This document shows positions 1 to 9,376 of a stretch of DNA of 64,000 bases, one piece after another. This DNA is from an uncultured Nitrospiraceae bacterium (GTDB lineage Bacteria > Nitrospirota > Nitrospiria > Nitrospirales > Nitrospiraceae): positions 288,001 through 352,000 of the forward strand of contig CAVPLT010000001.1 of the NCBI GenBank assembly GCA_963706325.1, in the 5' to 3' direction. The notes below the pieces were generated by a model. That model had not been told where the DNA came from, ran no database searches, and saw only the letters and a program-made list of their open reading frames with translations. Position numbers and translations under genes: made by a program. Positions within the stretch are counted from its first letter, which is position 1. Each line of letters opens with the position of its first letter.

Positions 1-562
1 TGCGCAGATCGCCGATCTTTCCGAGCGCTTCCGCCGCATGACGCCGCACCATCCAATTGGTGCCCAGCAACCCGCCGATCAAGGCATCGACCGCCCGCGT
101 ATCGCCGATCTTTTTTAAGACGCGCGCCACGTCTTCTCGCACCGTACCGTCGGTCAGCGCCTCGATCAATCCGGGCGTTGCGCTGGAGTCTCCGATTCGT
201 TCCAGGGCCCACACCGCCGCTGTCCTGACCGCTCCATCCTTGTCTTTCAAGGCCCCCATGAGAGGTTCCACCGCCCGGACCTCTCGGAAACGCCCTAGCA
301 CGTTCGCCGCTTGTTCACGAATCGCCCATTCATCGTCATGCAACGCATCCAGCAGTTGATCGAAGGCAACTGGGCCGATGCGCACGACGGCAGTTGCGGC
401 GGCTTCGCGGATCACCACGTCCTCATCTGCCATCAAGCCGATCAGTTGGGGAATGGCCTCGTGGCCCATTTGCCCGAGACTGGCCATCGCATGCTCGCGT
501 AATGCATCGTTATCGTCCCGAAGCGCTGCTATCAGCTGTGCGATACGTTCGGCATCACTCAT
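1..562 (-). CDS. HEAT repeat (PBS lyase-like) protein, runs off the window edge
   Basis: Not in the ORF track. Manual translation from ATG at 562 gives MSDAERIAQLIAALRD...WMVRRHAAEALGKIGD. The start overlaps the end of the upstream HEAT gene. Confidence 0.9.
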   Translation of the reverse strand, partial: MSDAERIAQLIAALRDDNDALREHAMASLGQMGHEAIPQLIGLMADEDVVIREAAATAVVRIGPVAFDQLLDALHDDEWAIREQAANVLGRFREVRAVEPLMGALKDKDGAVRTAAVWALERIGDSSATPGLIEALTDGTVREDVARVLKKIGDTRAVDALIGGLLGTNWMVRRHAAEALGKIGDLR

Positions 563-1655
563 GATCGTCCGATTCCTCCTGTCCGACCGGTTGTGCATCC
601 TCGAGCGCAGCCAGCTTGTCCGCGATGAGTCCGGCACTATAGGACACGATCCCATCCCGGTCACCGCGCAAGCGGATGAACAACTCATTGTGCGGACGCA
701 ACACTTCCACGTCTTTGATTTTGGCCAAGGCCTCGATCGCCATCACCCGCAACGGCCTGATCGGGATGGCCTCGATGTATAACTGCGCGGGGCGCGGATC
801 ACCGATAAGGCCAAGCGACTTGACGGCGTATTCTTTGACGCCCGTATCCTTGTCCACCTGGAGCCGTTTCATCAGCGGCTCAACTGCGCGCACGTCTCCG
901 ATTTTCCCCAGCAAATCCGCCGCGGCTTCGCGCACCACCCAATCATCATCCTCAAGATACTCGATTAAAATTTCGACGCTCGGACGCCCGACGCCGAGCA
1001 GATCCATCACAGTGGACATGCGGGCTTCTTCCCGTTCACTTGCGCCTTCGATATCCCGCAAGGCGTCGAAGCTCGTATCAAGCCGCTCACGAATCGCACC
1101 GAGCTTTTTGAGTGTCCGTACCGCAATGTCGCGGACCGCCGGGGACCCCATCGCATCGATCAATCCGTCCACTGAACGCGGATCGAGCAAATGCTCGAGA
1201 ATCGCCGCGGCCGTCGTCTGGGCTTCGACCTCAGGGTGGGTCAACATCTCACAGAGCGGGGTAATCGCATTCGGTATCAAGCCCAGAAGTTGGCGCACGC
1301 GGCTTCGCACATCCTCATCCGGCGATTCGTGAAGGTTCCGCACGAGACCCGCCGCCGTTTCGTCATCCAGATTGCCGGCCATCTGCTCGATCGCGGCAAA
1401 CGCAGCCTGTCGAACCGTCTCCTCGGGATCCCGAAGCAAACCGACCAGTGACAGTCCCGCTGCGGGGTCTTTGATCCGGGACAACATCCCGGCTGCTTCC
1501 ACGCGAAGCGGCGCATCACCCGTCGCCAAGGCTTGTGTGAGGGCGCGCACCGCACGGGGACCACCGGCCAAACAGGCAGCCGTGGCCCGCATACGCCGCC
1601 ACTCCTCTTCGTGGGTCAACTCCGAGACCAACGTATCAATAGATTCTTTGGGCAT
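555..1655 (-). CDS. HEAT repeat protein
   Basis: Repeated VREAAADLLGKIGDxRAVEPL-type HEAT_2 units. Confidence 0.92.
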   Translation of the reverse strand: MPKESIDTLVSELTHEEEWRRMRATAACLAGGPRAVRALTQALATGDAPLRVEAAGMLSRIKDPAAGLSLVGLLRDPEETVRQAAFAAIEQMAGNLDDETAAGLVRNLHESPDEDVRSRVRQLLGLIPNAITPLCEMLTHPEVEAQTTAAAILEHLLDPRSVDGLIDAMGSPAVRDIAVRTLKKLGAIRERLDTSFDALRDIEGASEREEARMSTVMDLLGVGRPSVEILIEYLEDDDWVVREAAADLLGKIGDVRAVEPLMKRLQVDKDTGVKEYAVKSLGLIGDPRPAQLYIEAIPIRPLRVMAIEALAKIKDVEVLRPHNELFIRLRGDRDGIVSYSAGLIADKLAALEDAQPVGQEESDDHE

Positions 1656-1758
1656 CTTATGAGAAGGAACTAGGACAATGAATTAATCGGTAGAGCACCG
1701 CTGCACCTGCCGCGAGAACATTCCAGAACCCAGACCCAATGTACCGACTGACCAATTG

Positions 1759-2841
1759 TCACATCCGCCCCGGACGCCAACCCACGGCGGTCAATGCCTC
1801 CCGAACATAGTAGCGAATATTCTCGTCTTGCTCTTTCGCCAGCATCGGCAGCAGTGACGGAATAATCGCGGGTCCAAACTTTTCCAAGGCCGCAGAAGCC
1901 TCCGAACGAGTGACCGGATTCTGTAAGGCCACAATCAGTGACGGAATCGCGACCCCATCGCCAATCATCCCTAACGCGCGAGCCGCCATTCCCATGGTCG
2001 CCATCTCGTCGGTCCATCCATCGGCACAAGCCGCTGTCGACTGGCTCGGTTTTCCCAGCGGGGCCCCCTCTACGACTTTTCGCAAAAGAGGTACGGCGCG
2101 ACGGTCACCGATATGACCCAGCGCCTCCACCGCAATCAGGCGTAACGTTGGCTCCTTCATCACCAACACTAAATAGTCCACTGCCCTGGCATCCCCGATG
2201 GCCCCGAGGGCCCGCACGACATCCTCCCGGATAGCCGAATCCCGATCGTTAAACAACGCCTGGAGCAATGGCTCCACGGCATCAGAGGAATTCAGCTTTC
2301 CGAGCGCTTCCACCGCATGGAGGCGAACCAACCATTCTTCATGCTGCAGCGCCTGAATCAGCGCAAGCACGGCAACGCCACCAATGGCGGCCAGGGCGCC
2401 GGACACCTCCTCACGAACCGCTTTGACCTTATCCTGTAGCAACGGCATCAAGACCGGCACAGCCTCTGGATCGCCGATCCTGCCTAACGCCTTTGCAGCA
2501 TGCATGCGCACAATCCAATCACGACTGCTCAACGCGGCGACCAGAGGCGCAAATACCCGAGCATCCGCAAGCGACGCCAAAATGGCCGAGGCTGCCTCTT
2601 GCACATGCAGCGCAGGATCCCCCAGACAGGTGGCCAAGGCCGGCACCGACGGCTCGCCGATTGAGGAGAGCGCTCCAATTGCCGCCTCACGAACGGCGCG
2701 ATCAGTATCGTGAAGCGCCCTCGTCAGTGGCATGACCGCGCGAGGATCCTTGAACGATCCCAGCATGGCCGCGGCCTCTTCACGGACCGCCCAGTCCTCA
2801 TCTGAAAGAGCCGCGATCTGTTCACTGACGGTATCGGCCAT
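1759..2841 (-). CDS. HEAT repeat protein
   Basis: Multiple DxDWxVRxxAAxALGxIGDxxAV units; GAGG RBS upstream. Confidence 0.93.
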   Translation of the reverse strand: MADTVSEQIAALSDEDWAVREEAAAMLGSFKDPRAVMPLTRALHDTDRAVREAAIGALSSIGEPSVPALATCLGDPALHVQEAASAILASLADARVFAPLVAALSSRDWIVRMHAAKALGRIGDPEAVPVLMPLLQDKVKAVREEVSGALAAIGGVAVLALIQALQHEEWLVRLHAVEALGKLNSSDAVEPLLQALFNDRDSAIREDVVRALGAIGDARAVDYLVLVMKEPTLRLIAVEALGHIGDRRAVPLLRKVVEGAPLGKPSQSTAACADGWTDEMATMGMAARALGMIGDGVAIPSLIVALQNPVTRSEASAALEKFGPAIIPSLLPMLAKEQDENIRYYVREALTAVGWRPGRM

Positions 2842-3022
2842 GGTTCCTCGGCCTCGCGTGAAGCTCCCGACCTTAACACAGGTTTTTTTCGAGGGTCAAC
2901 GCAGGGTCGGTCTTACGACCAGGCATCAAAACCTCCCTGCAGAGCTGGTCAAAACAGGAGGGAATGGACGCAGAAACTCTTGAGACACGCCTCAAGGACT
3001 GAGCCGGAAAGAGAAGCGATGG

Positions 3023-4393
3023 TTATCGCACCGAGCCTTTTGCCAAATCTCCGCTCGGACCGAATCGCCCGATATCACCCAACGGACGATCGACACGAAG
3101 ATTGTCAGCCTGACTGGAGTCCACCGATGTTTCATCGTCCGGAGGCATCCATCCAAGGTGTTCCAACGTTTCCACCACCAGCAAGCGCAGTGAATCTTTT
3201 GCCGTCAGCCGGACGGAGGCGTAGGAAAGGACGCGCTCGCCTTCCGCTTCAACTTCCGAGGCCTTGGGATCGTAGAGAAAGGAGATGAGTGGCTCGATCG
3301 CCGAATCACCGATCAACACCAGCGCCGCGGCAGCCTTCTCCCGTAAGACACCGTCCTTTAAGAGCATGATGAGATCAGGAATGACGCGCGGTTGTCGAAA
3401 ATGACCGAGCGCGGTCGCTGCGGCTTCTCTAATAAACGCATCTTCACTCACAATGCAGCCAGGAGTAGGAGTCCCCTCTTGGCGAACGCCTTTCCCCTTA
3501 AGCGCAGCCAAGACCGCAGGCAGGGCTCGAGAATCGCCGATCATGCCCAACGACGCGATGGCATGCCGCTTGACGGCACCATCTTTCATGGCTTCCAGAA
3601 GTCCATCAATGGCGCGGGGATCACCAATCATGCCCAGTGCAATCGTGGCATCTTCACGCACCGCACGATCCGGATCTTTCAGCGCTTCGATCAAGGCGTC
3701 AACGACCCTCGGTTCACGCGCCCAGCTCCGGCCGATCTGATAGTCCGTGGTCATGCCCCCCAATGCTCGGGCCGCATGACAACGCACGACGAAATCTTTG
3801 TCCTTCAGGGTTTCGATCAGCAGATCGATGGATGGCTGACCTATGGCCACCAGGGCAATGCCCGCCGTTTCACGGACGATTTTTGAGGAATCTCGAAACA
3901 GCTTCAGTAACGCAGGAATCGCTTTGGGGTCGCCGATTTTCCCAAGCGCCTCCGCGGCGGCACTTTTCACAGCTCCATCGCGATCTCGGCAGGCAAACAT
4001 CAAGGCATCGACGGCGCGTCGATTGCGCAGATCACCGCAGGCTTTGGCCGCATGTTCTCGCACCCGCCATCGCTCATCCTTCATGGCCACCAGGAGACGA
4101 TCAACCTGCCCTTCACCCAAAAACACGACAGCCGCGACGGCTTCATTACGAACTTCCATAATGGGATCGTTGAAGAGCGCGATGAGAGCCTCCGCCGCCT
4201 TGGCACCGCCGATCTTGGCGACGCCCCACCCGGCGCGAGTCCGCACCGACCAATACTCATCACCGCAGGCGGTAATAAGCGCCTCCAACGTGGTCGGATC
4301 CGCTAAATCTGCGAGGGCTTTTGCCGCCTCCTCACGGGTGGCGTCGTCAGCATCTTCAAGGGAATCGAGAAGATCATCGAGTGCTTGTGCCAT
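3023..4393 (-). CDS. HEAT repeat protein
   Basis: About a dozen HEAT units; GAGGTG RBS before ATG at 4393. Confidence 0.93.
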   Translation of the reverse strand: MAQALDDLLDSLEDADDATREEAAKALADLADPTTLEALITACGDEYWSVRTRAGWGVAKIGGAKAAEALIALFNDPIMEVRNEAVAAVVFLGEGQVDRLLVAMKDERWRVREHAAKACGDLRNRRAVDALMFACRDRDGAVKSAAAEALGKIGDPKAIPALLKLFRDSSKIVRETAGIALVAIGQPSIDLLIETLKDKDFVVRCHAARALGGMTTDYQIGRSWAREPRVVDALIEALKDPDRAVREDATIALGMIGDPRAIDGLLEAMKDGAVKRHAIASLGMIGDSRALPAVLAALKGKGVRQEGTPTPGCIVSEDAFIREAAATALGHFRQPRVIPDLIMLLKDGVLREKAAAALVLIGDSAIEPLISFLYDPKASEVEAEGERVLSYASVRLTAKDSLRLLVVETLEHLGWMPPDDETSVDSSQADNLRVDRPLGDIGRFGPSGDLAKGSVR

Positions 4394-4865
4394 CACTCAC
4401 CTCACTATTACCGTAGTAGGCATCACGTTGACCGCTATGAGGATAGGTGCGCTTGCACCGTACCACCAGAGTCTGAGTCCCGCGGCCCTCCACACATTGA
4501 TCGAGTGACTTGGAATATTCCAATCGTCCGTCCAAACTGACCGTAAAGGGGAAATCGAATGTAAAACTAATGAACTTGTATTGCCCAGGTTTGAGCTTCA
4601 ACTCGTGCGTCTCAGTCGTCCGATAGGCATCGGAGGTCTCAGGGTCCAGCACCCAGAGGGGCGGCGTCACCCCCGGTACTTGCCACCAAGACTGCGGCAC
4701 AAGGGGAGTCGGATCGATTGTGATTGCATGTTCCTTGCTGTGGGCGGGCGGAGGGCCGGCAGCCAAAAGTTGCGGAGGCCCCACCAACACCACTGCGCAC
4801 GGCAGCGCCAGGCTCCAATGGAAGGCCCACCGCCTGATGAACCCTCTCTGAGACGATAAATACAT
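4374..4865 (-). CDS. hypothetical exported protein
   Basis: Signal-peptide-like N-terminus, beta-rich body, tightly packed between co-directional genes. Confidence 0.7.
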   Translation of the reverse strand: MYLSSQRGFIRRWAFHWSLALPCAVVLVGPPQLLAAGPPPAHSKEHAITIDPTPLVPQSWWQVPGVTPPLWVLDPETSDAYRTTETHELKLKPGQYKFISFTFDFPFTVSLDGRLEYSKSLDQCVEGRGTQTLVVRCKRTYPHSGQRDAYYGNSEVSDGTSTR

Positions 4866-4871
4866 GAGCCT

Positions 4872-5948
4872 CTATTGCAGGAGCGGACTCGTGGGAGCAG
4901 CCGTAAACGCCGTTTTGAAAATTTCTTCGACCGGCTGGCTCTCCCATTCCATATAGGTGGTAAGTCCCAGCGCGCGCATCACAGTCGCGCCCGTGTCGAG
5001 AATCGACACCGGTTGACGAATCATATGTCCGGCCTTAATGCCGACGCCTGAGGCGATCCAGGGAACCAGCGGCACATTGGTGGCTTGTTCAGCAGGCACG
5101 TCACCGGCCGAGAATTGCGTCTCACCGACGGCGCTCAACGACGTGGCGAAGACAGTGGTCCGCTTGATCAGGCCAAGGTCACGGTAGAGATCCAGCACCG
5201 CCCCCATGGCCTTGTCCACTGCCTTCAGCGCATCTTTGTAGGCGGCTGATTTCCATCCCTGCGCTTCACCGACACGTCCGGGGGCAGGCAAGTGAACGAC
5301 CAGGAAATGCGGCAATGCCGGAATTGCATGGCCATAACCGGATCCGCTTGTCGCCTTCTTGAAATAATCACGCACGTATCCCACCAAGCGGTCGGGGCTG
5401 CACTCGGCCCGGAGGGGGCCGCACATCTGATAGTCAGTATAGGGCTCAGGTTTGGCGAGCTGATACAGCGACTCATCCATGTAAAAGATGGCGCTGTCCC
5501 GGCCGCCGCTGAGGTCAAGATAATCAAAGACCGTCGGCGCCCGGGGATAGCCTCGACTGAATTCAAAGATGTTCCAGGTAATACCATGTTTCGCGACCGG
5601 CATTCCTGTCACCAGCGACGCCATGGTGGGTAGCCGGCGCGCAGGCGCAACGGCCGTCGCAGACCAGGTCACAGACCCATCTTTAACGAGCGATGAGAGG
5701 ACCGGCATGGACCCGGTTTTCAACGACTCCTGGCCCAGGCCTTCCAGCACGAAAAGGACGACATATTCCGTCGTCGCTCCCGAAGAAGAGGGGGAAACGG
5801 CTGAGGCATCCCGGGCCGCGTGGGCCAGGGATTGGAATTGCGATTGAAACGAGGCTGCAACAAGCAACAAACCTACAGCGACGGCCGCGCTCAAGGTGAA
5901 ATTAACCCTAGAAATACTGCTGATACGGTTCATAACCGGCCTCACCAT
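4872..5948 (-). CDS. alkaline phosphatase/nucleotide pyrophosphatase superfamily protein with degenerate active site
   Basis: VVLFVLEGL, LPTMASLVTG..HGI, VPWIASGVGIK and SILDTGATV segments follow the NPP fold; N-terminal signal; start uncertain (5948 or 5933). Confidence 0.8.
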   Translation of the reverse strand: MVRPVMNRISSISRVNFTLSAAVAVGLLLVAASFQSQFQSLAHAARDASAVSPSSSGATTEYVVLFVLEGLGQESLKTGSMPVLSSLVKDGSVTWSATAVAPARRLPTMASLVTGMPVAKHGITWNIFEFSRGYPRAPTVFDYLDLSGGRDSAIFYMDESLYQLAKPEPYTDYQMCGPLRAECSPDRLVGYVRDYFKKATSGSGYGHAIPALPHFLVVHLPAPGRVGEAQGWKSAAYKDALKAVDKAMGAVLDLYRDLGLIKRTTVFATSLSAVGETQFSAGDVPAEQATNVPLVPWIASGVGIKAGHMIRQPVSILDTGATVMRALGLTTYMEWESQPVEEIFKTAFTAAPTSPLLQ

Positions 5949-6107
5949 GAGATCCTTCACCAAGCAAAGAGCAAGTACCTTAGCATGCAGTTTTCCGGGA
6001 AGGCAAGGCGCGAACCCTGCGTGCAATGGCGTCTCCACGGCATCGATGTTATTCTGACGGAGTCGGCACACTTTCAACCCCTACCCGCGATTTGCATGGG
6101 TGAGGCG

Positions 6108-7391
6108 ATGCTCCCAGACAGTGGTCGCAGAGAGGCGCGATTCATTTCTTTCACGTCCTGGCGGGAAACAAACGTCCGCTCGCTTGGTGTGTGGTGCATG
6201 CTCACCCTAGGCCTTGCGCTTGGCTGTCCCGAATCGGGCCGCGCCGAGGTTCGTATTGTGACCGGGATGGGCGATCATCGGATCAGCGATCGAGAAACCA
6301 AAGCCGATGCCGTCCGGCTCGCTACGGAGGAGGCGAAAAAGCAGGCGTTAGAACAGGTCGCATCCTATCTGGAGAGCGTCACAGTGGTACGCGATCTTGA
6401 CGTCACCCAGGATGAAATCCGCAGTTACACGGCTGGCATAGTGTTGGTGCTTGATCAACGGGTGAAGACGGAACTCGATGGAGATTTCGTGACAATACGC
6501 GTTGAGTTGACGGCACAAGTAGACACCGACGAGGTCGCACAGGCCATTGCCGCATTGAAACAAAACGAAAACGCGCGCGAACAGTTGCTCGCCCTGAGAC
6601 AAGATGCGGAGCAGCTGCACCAGGAACTCGAGGCAGCCAACAAAGCCCTGGCCGCAGCCACGTCCTCTAAACAGGTGCAGCAACTGAGTCATGAGCGGAA
6701 CGAGCTGCTCAACCGCGCGGAGTCCGATGCGGTGGTGGCACAGGCTTGGACCGATTGGGTCTTGGTCGCTCCGTTCATACAGCCTTACCCGGCCGGAGGC
6801 CTCGCACAGGTGCAGGCACTACTTGCCCTCGCGAGCCGCCTCAGTCCCAACAATCCTCACCTGGCCGTAGCGCAGCAGACCGTAGGAGCCAAATCACCAC
6901 CCGCACCGCCTCAACCGCAGCGGCCGCCTGTTCCTCATACCGTTCCGTTTCTGCCGGGCTATTACGTCGTGCCGCAGCAGCCTGGCCAGCCAAGCGCAAT
7001 CCCGCCGGTAAATTCTCGGCAGCTTTCAAACGCCCATCAGCTGAATCCCCTTCTACCCAACCCTTCGGAACGACCGCCGCAGGCCGGCAGTACGCCGACA
7101 ATCCTCCAAGTGCCTGCTCAGCCGGGTACCTCTCTGCCGCAACCAGGCCGCGGTACGATGCCGACCTATCGACAAGTCCCGCCGCTAAATGGCCAACCGA
7201 CTCCGCGAACGTTGCATACCCATCAATCAGGAAGCGACGGAGATTCGCCGTCTACTCCGCAACCGCCCAGTGTCGCACCTCGGGGGATCCCCCCTGCAAT
7301 CATCTACAAGGTTCCGCAGAACGCGGTGACGGTCCCGCCAGCACCTTCGCAAAGCGTCCCCAATAGCGGGAGCAATCAGGGAGGAAGGTAA
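6108..7391 (+). CDS. hypothetical exported protein with coiled coil and Pro/Gln-rich tail
   Basis: Signal-like segment, 'A.EEAKKQALEQV..Y.ES.T.V' domain (LPP20/FlgT-N-like), long Pro-rich C-terminus; start uncertain. Confidence 0.75.
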   Translation: MLPDSGRREARFISFTSWRETNVRSLGVWCMLTLGLALGCPESGRAEVRIVTGMGDHRISDRETKADAVRLATEEAKKQALEQVASYLESVTVVRDLDVTQDEIRSYTAGIVLVLDQRVKTELDGDFVTIRVELTAQVDTDEVAQAIAALKQNENAREQLLALRQDAEQLHQELEAANKALAAATSSKQVQQLSHERNELLNRAESDAVVAQAWTDWVLVAPFIQPYPAGGLAQVQALLALASRLSPNNPHLAVAQQTVGAKSPPAPPQPQRPPVPHTVPFLPGYYVVPQQPGQPSAIPPVNSRQLSNAHQLNPLLPNPSERPPQAGSTPTILQVPAQPGTSLPQPGRGTMPTYRQVPPLNGQPTPRTLHTHQSGSDGDSPSTPQPPSVAPRGIPPAIIYKVPQNAVTVPPAPSQSVPNSGSNQGGR

Positions 7392-7451
7392 TCATGTCGA
7401 CGAATTCGCGCCAACGCTCAAGCAGGATGGTGGCTTCTATGTGCGCTGCTC

Positions 7452-7955
7452 ATGACACGACCAGTGCTGGCAGCGGACTTGGGCACACCTGAGGTGCGCG
7501 ACCATGCTGACCAGACGTTCGAACGGTTTCACCAGCGGGAACAGCGAACCGCATCGGAGATTCCGAATCGTCCTCAGCAAGACCAGGCGCCTGTCTATAA
7601 CGCCGCACAGTTTTTAATCGGGCAGGGCCAAGGGGATCTCAGCAAAGGGAAACTGGTCTGTCAGCGCGTTTCCGAGCTGGCCGCCCGGGCCGACATTGCC
7701 AAACAAATTAGAGTGCTGGTGAAGGAACATGCTACCGACCGGGTACGCGAACGAACGGGCCGAGAAGCCGAACAAGACATCGAAGTGGTGCGCGAAGAGA
7801 TCGTTCAAGAATATCTGCAAGGGGTGAACATCATCGATCGCCGCGCCGACGAGGAAACGAAAACCTGTTCGGCCACGGCGGTCATGCCAAGAAACCAACT
7901 GTCCCCGACCGTCTCGCTGCAATCATCCCCGCCCGATTCCGCCGCCCACCGCTAA
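7452..7955 (+). CDS. LPP20-like exported protein (true start probably 7394, out of frame by 1 nt)
   Basis: 'SELAARADIAKQIRV.V' motif; signal-peptide-like codons lie in frame upstream of 7452. Confidence 0.65.
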   Translation: MTRPVLAADLGTPEVRDHADQTFERFHQREQRTASEIPNRPQQDQAPVYNAAQFLIGQGQGDLSKGKLVCQRVSELAARADIAKQIRVLVKEHATDRVRERTGREAEQDIEVVREEIVQEYLQGVNIIDRRADEETKTCSATAVMPRNQLSPTVSLQSSPPDSAAHR

Positions 7956-8026
7956 ACACCTATGGAACCTCCGCGTCGCTCACTCCATTGAACTTCTCGC
8001 TCCGTTTCGGGTAAGACAGTCTTCCC

Positions 8027-9280
8027 ATGCCCATCGAAAACAATTTTCAGCACGACGAACTCTCGCGTAAAAATCCCGGTGATCGGCTCGCCTATGCCGA
8101 TTGGACGACGCCCCCTGATGCGGAGTCGCCTGCCTGGCGGGAGTCGATGGGCCACACCGGAGAGAAGCTGTCACAGGCTGGCGTGCGGCTGATCATGTTT
8201 CTGCATGGGGCGATCCCCGGCACCGATGTCTTCGGCTTAGGACGGCTCGATGAAGTTGGGGGTCTCAAACGAGGTTATTCACGCGGCATTTCCGGTTTGG
8301 ATTCGCTCCTCTCACTCATGCGAGAAGGCACGAACGGCATCACGCCGCTGCCGGGAGGCATGAAGCCGCCGCTGTCCAACGATGAGCCCACGAAGGCCCT
8401 GCTCGACGGTCAGATCGGCGACGCAGGCAATTTCACGACCGCCACGGTCGAACAATGTCGGAAAGCCTTGAACCAAAAGCTGACGAAACCCATTGCCTGC
8501 GTCCGGGAACTCTGGTCCAGCGAACATCATCATGTGGGTCGAGCCCTAGCCGCTTGTCGGTTATTGGACCGTCTGCGAACCCTTGTCGTCGAACAGCATC
8601 TGGGATCCGGCGATCGCATCCTGATCCAAGCCCATGGCCAGGCAGGACTCGTGCTCGCGCTCGCCTCCAATTTGCTCTGTCCCTCGCCGATCACGGCTCG
8701 AAAAGAGCTCTTCGAACTCCTGCTGGCCGCTCAGCCGCAGGGACCAGACGCTCAAGCGATTCACCGCATCGAGCCGCTGCTGACCAACGGCACCCTGCTC
8801 AACGGCGTCGCGCTCGATATCGTCACCCTCGGCACGCCCGTGCGGTATGGCTGGGACCCATCCGGCATCGGTAAGCTGCTCCACGTCGTCAACCACCGCA
8901 ATCTGCGCACCGACGGGAAAACCTGGCTCTCCAAAATGGATATGCCGCAAATCACCGTTGAAATGCCGATCGCCTGGGGTGGAGACTACGTACAGCAACT
9001 CGCCGCCGCCGGCAGCGATGCAATCCCGCCCGAGAATGCGAAAGCCGCGAATAAAGCTGTGTGGGAGTTACTGGAGCCTTACGATGGTTTCGAACGCTGG
9101 GTCGAGTGCGCCCGACGCGCAGGACGTTTCCCGAGCGAAGGCCAATGCCTGCTCGTTGACTATAAAGACTGCACCAGTTCGACCAATGTCCGCGATCACT
9201 ACTACGGCCATGCCGCCTACACGCGCACGAACGCGATGCTCTTCAACTTTAATCAGATCGTCGGCCGGCTGTATTCATAA
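8027..9280 (+). CDS. conserved hypothetical protein, alpha/beta hydrolase-like fold
   Basis: MFLHG, IQAHGQAG elbow-like motif, DIVTLGTP, GHAAY. Confidence 0.75.
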   Translation: MPIENNFQHDELSRKNPGDRLAYADWTTPPDAESPAWRESMGHTGEKLSQAGVRLIMFLHGAIPGTDVFGLGRLDEVGGLKRGYSRGISGLDSLLSLMREGTNGITPLPGGMKPPLSNDEPTKALLDGQIGDAGNFTTATVEQCRKALNQKLTKPIACVRELWSSEHHHVGRALAACRLLDRLRTLVVEQHLGSGDRILIQAHGQAGLVLALASNLLCPSPITARKELFELLLAAQPQGPDAQAIHRIEPLLTNGTLLNGVALDIVTLGTPVRYGWDPSGIGKLLHVVNHRNLRTDGKTWLSKMDMPQITVEMPIAWGGDYVQQLAAAGSDAIPPENAKAANKAVWELLEPYDGFERWVECARRAGRFPSEGQCLLVDYKDCTSSTNVRDHYYGHAAYTRTNAMLFNFNQIVGRLYS

Positions 9281-9376
9281 GCCTGAACTCTGACCTCGCG
9301 GGAAGGTGGTTGCCAGCATCAATGCGAGCAAAATAACTCCATCTCGATTTGCCCATCTACTCAATCTATTCTGCTA

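Noticed and set aside
7389..7391. Stop-codon readthrough (Sec/Pyl) fusing the two plus-strand ORFs
   Set aside because: The codon is TAA, not TGA or TAG, and an RBS plus signal peptide indicate a separate gene
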